A DNA stretch of 21,769 nt from Myxococcota bacterium (GCA_023150835.1 JAKLKB010000014.1:62001-83769); one strand, 5' to 3'. Positions 1 through 10,107 are shown, counted from the stretch's first letter. Numbers and translations are program-made. The notes: generated from the sequence alone by a model not told the origin.

Positions 1-1511
1 AAAACAAAGATGTCCCACTGCCCGAACTCAAACAAGACGATCTGCTGTCTTGCCAAGAGATCAACGCTCTCTACCACGAGACCAAGCCCCCTGCTCGCTT
101 TACCGAAGCGTCCCTCGTGAAGGCGCTTGAAGAAGAAGGCATCGGTCGTCCAAGTACGTACGCTGCGATCATCGAAAAGATCAAGGCCGAGGATCGCTAC
201 GCTCGAAAAGTCGGAAACGCCCTTGTACCGACCTATATGGCCTTCGCGGTGACGCACTTTTTGGAGGAGTACTTTAGCGATCTCGTCGATCTGAAGTTTA
301 CGGCGCGGATGGAAAACCAGCTTGACGAGATCGCACGCGGTGAACTGAGCAAGGTGAACTACTTGCACGAGTTTTATCGGAAAGAAGGGGCGTTTCGCGA
401 TCAGATCGACGACCGCGACACCAACGTCGATCCAGAAAGCGCACGCTCTGTCGCGCTCGAGTCTTTTGGCGCAGAACTTCGCGTCGGTCGCTTTGGCCCG
501 TATGTTCAATTTGAACAAGACGGTGAAGTCAAACGTGTCGATGTCCCCGATGATATCGCCCCTGCCGAGTTGACGTTGGCCCACTTGACGCAGTTGCTCG
601 AAGAACGCGAGCAAGGCCCCACGATCATCGGCTTCCATCCTGAGGCAGGACGCGCCATCTACCTCAAAAAAGGCCCCTACGGACCTTATCTTGAGCTCGA
701 AGCCCCCGCTCCCGAACCCGAAGACGCCGCTCCTGCCGAAGAAGGCAAAAAGAAACGCGGTCGCAAGCAAGGCACCAAAAAAGAAACGCCCAAGCCCACA
801 CGCGCTTCGATCCCACGCTGGATCTCGATCCCCGATATCACAGAAGATCCCGATCGTGGCCTTGAACTGGCCGTCAAACTTCTGGCCCTCCCACGTCAAC
901 TCGGCACACACCCCGAAGATCAGGCCCCCATCGAAGCGGGAATCGGTCGTTATGGAGCGTTTATCAAACACGGCGAGACCTATCGCAATCTCCCCGAAGA
1001 ATCGCGGGTGTTGGATATCACGCTCGAAGAAGCCCTCACGATCTTGCGTGAACCCCGAAAAGGCAAAGGCATCAAAACCAGCAGCGTCCTGCGAGAACTC
1101 GGCAGCGATCCCGAAGGAAATGCCGTACAGATCTGCGACGGTCGCTATGGGCCGTATATCAAAGGACACCAAGTCAATGCTCCGATCCCTCGGGGCTTTT
1201 CGCCAGAAACCTTAACCCTCGAAAAAGCCATCGAACTGCTCGCCATCCGCAAAGCCACCCAGCCCGAAAAGCCACCCAGCAAAAAGGCGACAACCAAGAA
1301 AAAAGCCGAAGCCTCCGAGGCTTCGGAGGCTTCGGATGACGACGAGAGCGACAACAAGACCCCTCGCAAAACCAAAGCCAAGGTCGCCAGTAAAGAAACC
1401 GCCGAGACCAGCGAGAAAAAAACCAACAAAACCTCGACGAAGGCGGCCAGCGAGAAAAAGCCCCCAACCGCCGCCAAGACCGCCAAGGCCGCCAAGTCGA
1501 CCAAAACATGA
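1..1511 (+). CDS. topA: DNA topoisomerase I (type IA), 3' part; 5' end lies outside the window
   Basis: The frame is open from base 3 (…HETKPPARFTEASLVKALEEEGIGRPSTYAAII…), which is the conserved TopA motif. Four Topo-C-type repeats follow (GRFGPYV, KKGPYGPYL, GIGRYGAFI, DGRYGPYI), then a Lys/Ala-rich tail. Stop TGA at 1509-1511. Confidence 0.96.
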   Translation, partial: NKDVPLPELKQDDLLSCQEINALYHETKPPARFTEASLVKALEEEGIGRPSTYAAIIEKIKAEDRYARKVGNALVPTYMAFAVTHFLEEYFSDLVDLKFTARMENQLDEIARGELSKVNYLHEFYRKEGAFRDQIDDRDTNVDPESARSVALESFGAELRVGRFGPYVQFEQDGEVKRVDVPDDIAPAELTLAHLTQLLEEREQGPTIIGFHPEAGRAIYLKKGPYGPYLELEAPAPEPEDAAPAEEGKKKRGRKQGTKKETPKPTRASIPRWISIPDITEDPDRGLELAVKLLALPRQLGTHPEDQAPIEAGIGRYGAFIKHGETYRNLPEESRVLDITLEEALTILREPRKGKGIKTSSVLRELGSDPEGNAVQICDGRYGPYIKGHQVNAPIPRGFSPETLTLEKAIELLAIRKATQPEKPPSKKATTKKKAEASEASEASDDDESDNKTPRKTKAKVASKETAETSEKKTNKTSTKAASEKKPPTAAKTAKAAKSTKT

Positions 1512-1690
1512 TCGACCTCAAGGACAAGGACAACACGACAACTCCACGACGGAAAACGGCTCAACAGAGGGCTGTGGGTACAAACACACGATCGACCCCA
1601 AGGACAACGCGACAACTCCACGACGGAAAACGGCTCAACAGAGGGCTGTGGGTGCAAACAGATGATCTACCTTGATTACAACGCGACAAC
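1508..1690 (+). repeat. Tandem duplication (80 bp + 74 bp units) that includes decayed copies of the start of the downstream desulfurase gene
   Basis: 1508-1587 and 1588-1661 share the stretch cgacaactccacgacggaaaacggctcaacagagggctgtgggt. Each unit begins with a variant of the gene start ATGATCTACCTTGATTACAACGCGACAAC (1662-1690). Confidence 0.9.
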
Positions 1691-2801
1691 ACCGCTGGAT
1701 CGGCGCGTTGCGGACGCGATGCTGCCTTTTCTGTTTGAACACTTCGGCAACCCATCGAGCAGCCATCGATTTGGCCAAGTCACCCGCGCCGCCATCGACT
1801 CCGCAAGAGAAGAAGTCGCCCGATTGATCGGCGCAAGCACCGACGAGATCATCTTTACAAGCGGAGGCACCGAGTCCAACAACATGGCGATCAAAGGCAT
1901 CGCAGAGCGAGATGTCCAAAAAGGCCGTCACATCGTGATCTCCGCGTTTGAACATCCTGCGATCACCGAGCCTTGTGCCTACCTCGAAAAAAAAGGATTT
2001 CGGATCACGCGCATCCCCGTAGACAAAACAGGGATGATCGATCTCGAAGCCCTCGAAAAAGCCCTGACATCCGAGACGATCTTGGTTTCCGTGATGCTCG
2101 CCAACAACGAAGTCGGAACCCTCCAGCCACTCGAAGCGATCAGCGCGCTCACTCGCCCGCGTGGGATCACGTTGCACAGCGATGCAGCCCAAGCCATCGG
2201 CAAGATGCCTGTCGATATCCAAGCCCTCGGTGTGGATCTGCTCACGATCGCAGGCCACAAGTTTTACGCACCCAAGGGCATCGGGGCCTTGTATCTACGG
2301 CGCGGCGTGGCGCTGCCTGTGTGGATGCACGGCGCAAGTCACGAACAAGGACGACGCGCAGGAACCGAAAATATCTTGGAGATCGTCGGCATGGGAGAGG
2401 CCGCACGCCTCGCAAGGATCGAGATGAACGAAGAGATCACGCGCCTACAAACGCTGCGCGATCTGTTGTGGCAAAACCTCCAAACCGCCCTGCCCGATCG
2501 GGTCTTTTTACACGGCCACCCCACAGCGCGGTTGTGCAACACGCTCAATGTCGGATTTTCTGATCTGCGCGGCCTTGATCTCGCACAAGACCTCCAAGAT
2601 CAGGTGGCCTGTTCTCTCGGTTCCGCTTGCCACAGCAACGCACACGGGATGTCGAGCGTCCTGCAAGTCATGGGCATCTCTCCCCAAACAGGCATGGGCG
2701 CGCTGCGCTTGTCTTTGGGGCGGATGACCCAACGCGAAGAGATCGAAAAAGCGGCAAATGCCCTTGTGTACGCCGCCAAACAACGATACCGCACGCTCTG
2801 A
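1662..2801 (+). CDS. iscS: Cysteine desulfurase, IscS/NifS-like (class V PLP enzyme)
   Basis: Motifs MIYLDYNATTP, FGNPSS, IIFTSGGTESNN, HSDAAQ, the PLP lysine in AGHKFYAPKG and the catalytic Cys in SLGSACHS. 379 aa. The exact paralogue name is uncertain. Confidence 0.9.
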   Translation: MIYLDYNATTPLDRRVADAMLPFLFEHFGNPSSSHRFGQVTRAAIDSAREEVARLIGASTDEIIFTSGGTESNNMAIKGIAERDVQKGRHIVISAFEHPAITEPCAYLEKKGFRITRIPVDKTGMIDLEALEKALTSETILVSVMLANNEVGTLQPLEAISALTRPRGITLHSDAAQAIGKMPVDIQALGVDLLTIAGHKFYAPKGIGALYLRRGVALPVWMHGASHEQGRRAGTENILEIVGMGEAARLARIEMNEEITRLQTLRDLLWQNLQTALPDRVFLHGHPTARLCNTLNVGFSDLRGLDLAQDLQDQVACSLGSACHSNAHGMSSVLQVMGISPQTGMGALRLSLGRMTQREEIEKAANALVYAAKQRYRTL

Positions 2802-2839
2802 TCCCCTCCCAACGGACGCCACGAGAAAGCCGAAACAGC

Positions 2840-4732
2840 ATGCCATACAGCACCCCGTCGGTCCCTCATCTGGCAGCACTCTTGCCCAAACGCGCTGCCG
2901 AAACGCCCCACGATACCGCACTCTTGATCAAGCAACCTCAAGGCTGGCAAGCGATCACATGGCAAAGCTATCTGCACCAAGTCACCCTGCTTGCCGCTGC
3001 TTTGGAGGCCCTCGTCCAACCGCAAGAGATGGTCTGTTTGCTCAGCGAAAATCGCCCTGAGTGGGTGTTTTCCGACATCGCCCTGCTTTCTCTCGGCGCG
3101 GTTAGCGTCCCGATCTACCCCACCAGCGCCCCCAAAGATATCGCTTATATCCTCAATGACTGCAAAGCCCAACTACTCTTGCTTTCCAGCCAAACACAGC
3201 TTGAAAAGATCCGCTCTCTACGAACTCAACAGCGCCTTCCTCATCTCAAGCGTGTGATCTGCATGGAGGGTTCCGAACACTGCGACGGGATCGAGACCCT
3301 CTCTTGGCAGCAACTCCTCCACAATGCCCAAGAAGACGCCATCTCCCGCGTCCAACAACGCCGCTCGCAGATCGATCCCGAACAGCTCGCCACCTTGATC
3401 TACACCAGCGGAACCACAGGCGAACCCAAAGGCGTGATGCTGCGACACCGCAATATCCTCAGCAACCTCCAAGCCCTCGAACCCACCGTCCGTCAAGCCA
3501 TCGATGGCCGCGTCCGTATGCTGTCTTTTTTGCCCCTCAGCCACGCCTTTGAACGCACCATCGGCCATTTTCTCGCGATCCATCTCGGTTTTGAAGTCGC
3601 CTTCTCCCAAGGGATCGAACGCTTGCTTGATGAACTTCGCGAAGTACAACCCAACTTTCTCGTCAGCGTCCCCAGCGTCTACGAAGAGATCTACACTCGC
3701 GTGATGCGCGAAGCCCAAAGCGGCTCCCCGCTCAAAGACAACACCCTGCAATGGTGCCTTGAGATCGGACGCCAACGCGCACGCTATCTTCTCTCCAGAC
3801 AAGAACCCGGGTTCCTCTTTGAACGCATCCAACTCCCTCTCGCCGATCGACTGCTGTTCCAACGTGTACGCGAGATGTTCGGCGGCAAACTGCGCTACGC
3901 GATCTCCGGCGGGGCTCCGCTGTCTCGTGATATCATCGAGTTTTTGATCGGCGCAGGCGTCCATGTCATCGAAGGATACGGCCTTTCAGAGACAGGGCCT
4001 GTGTTGACCGTCAACCCGATCCATGCCGTCCGCCCCGGAACCGTCGGAAGACCCATCCCCCACGTCGAACTCAAGATCGTCCCCGAACTCGGCTACGAGA
4101 TCGAAGGCGAGATCGTCGTGCGCGGCCCCAACATCATGGCAGGATACTTTCAAAAAGAAGACGAAACACGGCAGATCCTTGATGCCGAAGGTTGGCTTCG
4201 AACGGGCGATATCGGTTATCTCGATGCAGACGGCTACCTCGTAATCACCGATCGCAAAAAAGACTTGATCAAACTCGCCACAGGAAAGTACATCGCCCCC
4301 CAGCCGCTCGAACGCCACCTCAAAACCCACCCCTTGATCCGACAAGCCGTCGTCCTTGGCGATCGACGACTCTATTGCATCGCTTTGTTGGTTCCCAATC
4401 TCGATACCCTCCGCAGCCAAATCCCCGATATACCGTGGAATCACACCTCCGCATGGTTGCGCGATCCGCGTGTCCTTCGCTTGTTCCAACAAGCCATCGA
4501 CGAAACTCACCAACGCCTTGAACTCGGTCGATGGGAACAAATCAAACGCTTCGCCTTGCTACCCGCTCCGCTCTCCCAAGCCAACGGCGAACTCACCCCC
4601 ACGCAAAAACTCAAACGCCGTGTCATCGAAGCCCGATACAAGGCCCTGATCGACGAACTCGCCCCCCTCCCCGAAACCCGCTCCTCCCAAACCAATATCC
4701 CCCTCCTTCGCCAAACCCCCGCCTCTTCCTGA
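2840..4732 (+). CDS. Long-chain fatty acid-CoA ligase (AMP-dependent synthetase, FadD-like)
   Basis: AMP-binding motif LIYTSGTTGEPKG, plus EGYGLSET, GWLRTGDIG, DRKKDLIK and GELTPTQKLKR. ATG 2840 (MPYSTP…) was chosen because the 2627 start overlaps iscS. Confidence 0.92.
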   Translation: MPYSTPSVPHLAALLPKRAAETPHDTALLIKQPQGWQAITWQSYLHQVTLLAAALEALVQPQEMVCLLSENRPEWVFSDIALLSLGAVSVPIYPTSAPKDIAYILNDCKAQLLLLSSQTQLEKIRSLRTQQRLPHLKRVICMEGSEHCDGIETLSWQQLLHNAQEDAISRVQQRRSQIDPEQLATLIYTSGTTGEPKGVMLRHRNILSNLQALEPTVRQAIDGRVRMLSFLPLSHAFERTIGHFLAIHLGFEVAFSQGIERLLDELREVQPNFLVSVPSVYEEIYTRVMREAQSGSPLKDNTLQWCLEIGRQRARYLLSRQEPGFLFERIQLPLADRLLFQRVREMFGGKLRYAISGGAPLSRDIIEFLIGAGVHVIEGYGLSETGPVLTVNPIHAVRPGTVGRPIPHVELKIVPELGYEIEGEIVVRGPNIMAGYFQKEDETRQILDAEGWLRTGDIGYLDADGYLVITDRKKDLIKLATGKYIAPQPLERHLKTHPLIRQAVVLGDRRLYCIALLVPNLDTLRSQIPDIPWNHTSAWLRDPRVLRLFQQAIDETHQRLELGRWEQIKRFALLPAPLSQANGELTPTQKLKRRVIEARYKALIDELAPLPETRSSQTNIPLLRQTPASS

Positions 4733-5012
4733 TCACACGGATCTCAAATATCGTGTCGCTTCTGTCCAATCAAAAAATTTGCTTTTTTGTGGACCCAAGC
4801 CAATCCTTGAACCGAAACCGCGCAACTCCACGATGCTACACCACAAAAGCACGTTGCTTTTCGCGTGTAGCGTCTGCTCACGCTGCCCTTGTTTTTCACT
4901 CCTTGCATCCGCACACTACGAATCCGCACGATGCGTTGTCTTCTTGCTTCGCACCGCCTCTCTGCGCAAATACCCCATACAAGGAGCAAGAACGCTTGAA
5001 ACAAAAAGAAAT

Positions 5013-5041
5013 TTGACAAAATAACAAGAGATGTGTAGAGT
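5013..5041 (+). promoter_or_regulatory. Sigma70-type promoter upstream of dnaG-rpoD
   Basis: TTGACA (5013-5018), 17-bp spacer, TAGAGT (5036-5041), in an A/T-rich patch. Confidence 0.65.
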
Positions 5042-5282
5042 CTCAAGGCTCAAAAATTTGTAAGCGTGTTTCGGTCCGAAATTTTTGAGAAGCAAAGCCC
5101 ATCCCACACCCCCGCGCTATCCAGCCTTGCGCTGCGAAGCCTGCCATTTGGCCGCCAATGTGGGGGGCGCATCAAAAAGATCTGCCCATCACTGCAAGAA
5201 AACAACTCCAGCAAATAACACAAAAACAAGGCGTTTTTGCGTTGCTTGCGCGAACGTATTGATGGTTAGGGCATATTGACGG

Positions 5283-7472
5283 ATGGCGCCTTCGTATGAC
5301 GCAACGGTGCAAGAGATCCGTGCGCGGATAGACATCGTCGAACTGATTGGACGTCACGTTCAACTCAAGAAAGTGGGCGCAAGCTTCAAAGCCTGTTGTC
5401 CGTTTCACCGAGAAAAAACACCCTCCTTTCACGTTCACCCCCACCGCCAGTTTTATTACTGCTTTGGCTGCGGAGCCAAGGGCGATATCTTCAACTTCCT
5501 CATGGAATACGAAGGAAAGAGCTTTGGCGACGTCGTGCGTGAACAAGCGCAAGCCCTGCATATCCCCCTTCCTGACGCTGAGATCGACTACGTCAAAGTC
5601 AGCGAACAAGAAGCCCACAAAGAAAAACTTTACCACCTCCTCCAGATCGCACAACACTTCTTCCAAAATCAACTCTCCCAACCCTCTGGCGAAGATGCCC
5701 GCAACTACCTCCATAAACGCGGTGTCAACGCCTCGATGATCCAAACCTTCGGTCTTGGCTACGCTCCCGACAACTGGGGAGCCTTGCGCGATCACCTCGA
5801 AAAACAAGGCCAAGATATCCAACTCGCCTGCGAAGCGGGCCTACTCAAAGAAGGCGAAAAAAGCAAACGCCCCTACGACCGCTTTCGCCATCGCCTGATG
5901 TTCCCGATCTGGCTACCCACAGGCCGCCTTGTGGGCTTTGGAGGCCGCGCTTTGCGCGATCTCGATGGTGCCAAATACCTCAACTCTCCCGAAAGTCCAC
6001 TCTTCCAAAAAAGCGACCTTCTCTACGGCTTGCACCTCGCTCATAGCACGATCCGCCACGCCTCCTACGCCATCCTTGTCGAAGGCTACATGGATGTGAT
6101 CGCGATGCACCAGTTCGGCTTCAACGAAGCCATCGCCACACTCGGCACTTCTCTCACCGAAGCCCACTGCAAACTGCTCCATCGCTACACACAAAAACTG
6201 ATCCTGCTGTTTGATGGCGATGAAGCTGGCATCAAAGCCGCCGAACGATCGCTCGCCTTGCTCCTTCCTGCGGGCTTTTCCGTCGATGCACTGTTTTTGC
6301 CCGACAAAGAAGATCCCGATAGCTACCTCCAACGACACGGTCGTGACGCCTTTTCTGCTCTCCTCCAAAAAGAAAAGCGCCCCGCCTTCGACCTTTGGCT
6401 GCAACAACTACTCCAACGCGCCAGCAACGATCCCGTCCAGATCCGCGACGCCACCGAAAAAGTCCTCGGCGTCTTGCGCGATGTCAGCGACCCCCTCCTC
6501 CAAGACCTCTACATCCGCCGCGTCGGCGAGATCTTTGGCCTCGAAGAAGCCGTCCTCCGACGACAGATGATGCGCTTGTTGCCAAGCCACACCAAGCCAC
6601 TGCTCTCCCTCACCCGCCCCTCCGAAACCACCCACGACACACCCGCCTCCCCTCGCGCCCTCCCGCCACCCCCAAACGCCCTTCCCAGCGAAGAGATCAT
6701 CGCTCGCCTCTTGATCAAAAGCCTGATCGATTGCCCCGAATACCTCCCTCCCATCCCTCCCGCACACATCGTCTCGCAGATCCAATCCAAGATCTGGCGA
6801 CCCCTACTCGAACGCTTCTTACTCGACCTCGAAGAAGGCGCTGAACACTCCGCCCTTGTCGCCTCCCTCTTGCAATCTCTCACTCCACACCCTGTCCTCA
6901 AAAAGAAAATGGCCGATGCCTTTTTCCAAGAACCTGCCTTCCAAAAAGACGCTGTCTCCGTAGGTTACACGCTCATCCTCCAAACTCTCGAACAGGCCAA
7001 CCTCCAACGCTCCCTTCGCACTCTCTGCGAAGACGCCAAACAATTACGCCAACCCCTCTCCCCCCCCACCGCAGAAGAGAACACCACCCAAGATCCCGCC
7101 ATCACCGCCATCACCGCCATCACCGCACCTTTCACGGCCCATCCAAACCAACCCCCTGCACACTCTTCGATCTCTTCGATCGCGGCCCTTGCCCATGCCT
7201 TTGTCCAACAGATCTCCCAACCCGAAACGATGCAGCCCACAACCCCGCTTTCTCCGTCTTCTTTGCACTTAACACCAACCACACCACACACCAACCACAC
7301 CACACCCGCTCCCACCCTCACAGCAGTCCATCCAACCCCTTCCACCGCCACCCTGTCCGAAAGCGAGATCGCCCTGTTGGAACAACTTCAGACCCTTGGT
7401 CGCCAACGGCTCAAAAGCCCACTTGCACGCTTTGGCAAGCACAACAAGCTTGCAGACGAGTCCTCTCTTTAA
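5283..7472 (+). CDS. dnaG: DNA primase
   Basis: CHC2 zinc finger (CPFHREKTPSF…CFGC), DRFRHRLMFPI, KYLNSPES, and Toprim motifs EGYMDV and FDGDEAG. Extended Pro/Thr/His-rich C-terminus. Confidence 0.97.
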   Translation: MAPSYDATVQEIRARIDIVELIGRHVQLKKVGASFKACCPFHREKTPSFHVHPHRQFYYCFGCGAKGDIFNFLMEYEGKSFGDVVREQAQALHIPLPDAEIDYVKVSEQEAHKEKLYHLLQIAQHFFQNQLSQPSGEDARNYLHKRGVNASMIQTFGLGYAPDNWGALRDHLEKQGQDIQLACEAGLLKEGEKSKRPYDRFRHRLMFPIWLPTGRLVGFGGRALRDLDGAKYLNSPESPLFQKSDLLYGLHLAHSTIRHASYAILVEGYMDVIAMHQFGFNEAIATLGTSLTEAHCKLLHRYTQKLILLFDGDEAGIKAAERSLALLLPAGFSVDALFLPDKEDPDSYLQRHGRDAFSALLQKEKRPAFDLWLQQLLQRASNDPVQIRDATEKVLGVLRDVSDPLLQDLYIRRVGEIFGLEEAVLRRQMMRLLPSHTKPLLSLTRPSETTHDTPASPRALPPPPNALPSEEIIARLLIKSLIDCPEYLPPIPPAHIVSQIQSKIWRPLLERFLLDLEEGAEHSALVASLLQSLTPHPVLKKKMADAFFQEPAFQKDAVSVGYTLILQTLEQANLQRSLRTLCEDAKQLRQPLSPPTAEENTTQDPAITAITAITAPFTAHPNQPPAHSSISSIAALAHAFVQQISQPETMQPTTPLSPSSLHLTPTTPHTNHTTPAPTLTAVHPTPSTATLSESEIALLEQLQTLGRQRLKSPLARFGKHNKLADESSL

Positions 7473-7578
7473 ACAAAGTGCCCCCAAACGCGATCCCTCT
7501 CCTTCGGATCGCGCCCAAGGACACCACAACATCCGCGCTGCCGCTTCGGTATGCTGCAATCCTCCATGAGGAGATGCC

Positions 7579-9459
7579 ATGTCCAAAAACAATGAGCGAA
7601 AAGAAGTCAAACGACTCCTCGAACTCGGCAAAGAACGAGGATACCTCACTTATGACGAGGTCAACGACTTCTTGCCGCCCGACATCCTATCCTCCCAAGA
7701 AATCGACGAAGTGTTCCACCTCTTCAGTGAGTACGACATCGAGATCGTTGATGACCCCTCCAAGGCCAAAGCCAACCAAGACGAGGAAGAAATCGAGGAT
7801 AGACACGAAGGACTCGACGAAGAAACCGTCCTCGGCAAGTCCACCGATCCCGTCCGAATGTACCTGCGAAAAATGGGATCCGTTTCGCTTCTCACCCGCG
7901 AAGGCGAAGTCGAGATCGCCCGACGAATCGAAGAAGGTGAACGCCAAGTCCTCGAAGTCGTGATCCGCTCCAACATCGGCATCCAAGAAATCATCAACCT
8001 CGGCGAACGCTTGCGCAAAGGCAAAGTCCGCCTCAAAGACGTGATCCGCGATCTCGACGAATCACCCGAAGACTTCGATGAAACCGAATACTCCGAAAAA
8101 ATCTTCAAACTGATCGAAAAAATCAAACGCATCGACCGCGAAAACCGCAAAATTGACGAACACAACCTCCTCCTCCTCTCCAACTCGCCCACCAACGGAA
8201 CCGCTGAACTCTCCTCCCATGAAGACGACGACACCGACGAAGACACCTCCCTCTCTCTCCCCAAATCTGATAAGTCCGACAAAGCCGACAAAGCCGACAA
8301 AGCCGACAAACTCGAACAGATCAAAAAGAACAACGAAAAAATCGAGAAAAACCAACAGAAGATGGCCGATCTGATCCGCGAGATCCGACTCAGCAAAAAG
8401 CAGCTCGATGAGATCATCGCCACCCTCAAAGGTCTGATCGAACGCGTCCAACAAGCCGACGATGAACTGGCCCGTTGCGAAGAACGCCTCGGCGTGAGCC
8501 TCAAAGAATTTCGCAAGGTCATGAAAGAACTTCGCAGCACACAGTCCAAAAAAGACGAACGCCGCATCCTCAAACAGTTCAACGGCAATCTCCGAAAAGA
8601 ACAAGTCTTTGAGATCGAACGCGTCCTCAAAGGCGCACAACAAAAAATCCGCCGCGTCGAGATCGAAGCCTCCCAAAAAGTCGAAGAACTCAAAAAAACC
8701 TACCGCGAGATCCAAGAAGGCGAATACCGCGCCGAAGCCGCCAAAAGCGAGCTGATCGAAGCCAACCTCCGCCTCGTCGTCTCCATCGCCAAAAAATACA
8801 CCAACCGCGGACTCCAGTTCCTCGACCTGATCCAAGAAGGCAACATCGGCCTGATGAAAGCCGTCGATAAGTTCGAATACCGCCGTGGCTACAAGTTTTC
8901 CACCTACGCCACTTGGTGGATCCGACAAGCCATCACCCGCGCCATCGCCGATCAAGCCCGTACCATCCGCATCCCCGTCCACATGATCGAAACCATCAAC
9001 AAGCTGATCCGCACCAGTCGCTATCTCGTCCAAGAAATCGGTCGCGAACCCACCCCCGAAGAAATCGCCGAAAAAATGGACATCCCCCTCGAAAAGGTTC
9101 GCAAAGTCCTCAAGATCGCCAAAGAACCCATCTCCCTTGAAACACCCATCGGCGAAGAAGAAGACTCCCATCTCGGCGACTTTATCGAAGACAAAAGTGT
9201 CGTCTCCCCCCTTGAAGCCGTCATCAGCGGCAACCTCTCCGAACAAACCCGCAAAGTCCTCGCCACCCTCACTCCCCGCGAAGAAAAAGTCCTGCGTATG
9301 CGCTTTGGCATCGGTGAAAAATCCGATCACACCCTCGAAGAAGTCGGCCAAGACTTTGAAGTGACACGCGAACGCATCCGCCAAATCGAAGCCAAAGCCC
9401 TCCGAAAACTTCGACACCCCTCCCGTGCCAAAAAGTTGAAGCCCTTTGTGGAAAACTGA
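7579..9459 (+). CDS. rpoD: RNA polymerase primary sigma factor (sigma70)
   Basis: Region 1.1 ([14 protein letters not shown]), 1.2 (DPVRMYLR), region 2 ([26 protein letters not shown]) and region 4 ([16 protein letters not shown]). GAGGAG RBS just upstream. Confidence 0.98.
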   Translation: MSKNNERKEVKRLLELGKERGYLTYDEVNDFLPPDILSSQEIDEVFHLFSEYDIEIVDDPSKAKANQDEEEIEDRHEGLDEETVLGKSTDPVRMYLRKMGSVSLLTREGEVEIARRIEEGERQVLEVVIRSNIGIQEIINLGERLRKGKVRLKDVIRDLDESPEDFDETEYSEKIFKLIEKIKRIDRENRKIDEHNLLLLSNSPTNGTAELSSHEDDDTDEDTSLSLPKSDKSDKADKADKADKLEQIKKNNEKIEKNQQKMADLIREIRLSKKQLDEIIATLKGLIERVQQADDELARCEERLGVSLKEFRKVMKELRSTQSKKDERRILKQFNGNLRKEQVFEIERVLKGAQQKIRRVEIEASQKVEELKKTYREIQEGEYRAEAAKSELIEANLRLVVSIAKKYTNRGLQFLDLIQEGNIGLMKAVDKFEYRRGYKFSTYATWWIRQAITRAIADQARTIRIPVHMIETINKLIRTSRYLVQEIGREPTPEEIAEKMDIPLEKVRKVLKIAKEPISLETPIGEEEDSHLGDFIEDKSVVSPLEAVISGNLSEQTRKVLATLTPREEKVLRMRFGIGEKSDHTLEEVGQDFEVTRERIRQIEAKALRKLRHPSRAKKLKPFVEN

Positions 9460-9488
9460 TTGACATCCTAGACTCTCCTGCGTATCCT
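9460..9488 (+). promoter_or_regulatory. Sigma70-type promoter of the tRNA gene
   Basis: TTGACA (9460-9465), 17-bp spacer, TATCCT (9483-9488), 30 bp before the tRNA. Confidence 0.75.
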
Positions 9489-9518
9489 ATGCCGACACAG
9501 CGTCAACCGGCGCCACTG

Positions 9519-9592
9519 GGGCCTATAGCTCAGTTGGTTAGAGCGTCCGGCTCATAACCGGATGGTCCTTGGTTCAAATCCAAGTGGGCCCA
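9519..9592 (+). tRNA. tRNA with CAT anticodon, most likely tRNA-Ile2 (lysidine-modified); CCA not encoded
   Basis: Acceptor stem GGGCCTA/TGGGCCC, D arm AGCTCAGTTGGTTAGAGC, anticodon arm TCCGG-CTCATAA-CCGGA, T arm CTTGG-TTCAAAT-CCAAG, discriminator A. The Ile-type acceptor and the position after rpoD favour Ile2 over Met. Confidence 0.93.
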
Positions 9593-9762
9593 TCCAGTCG
9601 CAAATTCCCCCTGATCGTTTTGACCCTTCCACTCAGGCTTTTGCGATCTCCTTGCAACAGGAGAAGGTTCTCGACGAAGACTACGACTCCCCGTACTTCC
9701 TCGCCGCGATCCTTCCTCCTTTGCCCTTCCCCTTACTCAAACTTGGGCCTACACCGCTCCCG

Positions 9763-9786
9763 TCGGTCTAAGCCCCCTTAGACCGA
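9763..9786. other. Perfect 10-bp hairpin
   Basis: TCGGTCTAAG-CCCC-CTTAGACCGA; no adjacent U-tract. Confidence 0.7.
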
Positions 9787-9942
9787 GTTCCCGCTTGGGC
9801 CTCACGGGCTTGAATCGTGAAACATCTTCTTTGCTTCTCTTTTTCTTCTCCTCTCCCCTCGGTTTGCTTCCACAAACCAACCTCCCATACCCCCCAACCA
9901 ACCACCACCCCTCCATTCAAGCCCCTCGTACATCTCAAACAG

Positions 9943-10107
9943 GCCCAACGTCTCGTACAAGCCCAACGTCTCGTACAAGCCCAACGTCTCGTACAAGCCC
10001 AACGTCTCGTACAAGCCCAACGTCTCGTACAAGCCCAACGTCTCGGGCCCAACGTCTCGTACAAGCCCAACGTCTCGTACAAGCCCAACGTCTCGTACAA
10101 GCCCAAC
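9943..10107. repeat. 18-bp tandem repeat array (GCCCAACGTCTCGTACAA)
   Basis: Five identical units at 9943-10032, one truncated 14-bp unit at 10033-10046, three identical units at 10047-10100, and a partial unit to 10107. Confidence 0.97.

Noticed and set aside
2627-2839. N-terminal extension of the acyl-CoA ligase given in the ORF track
   Set aside because: It overlaps iscS by 175 bp and is not ligase-like; ATG 2840 gives a normal length.
7650-9417. Long antisense ORFs opposite rpoD (and similarly opposite icmF, rnhA, dnaG)
   Set aside because: Shadow ORFs caused by codon bias of the sense gene; they contain no recognisable motifs.
9519-9592. Initiator or elongator tRNA-Met
   Set aside because: It has a G1-C72 pair and lacks the three G-C anticodon-stem pairs, so it is not fMet. 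The acceptor sequence and context favour Ile2, though elongator Met is not formally excluded.
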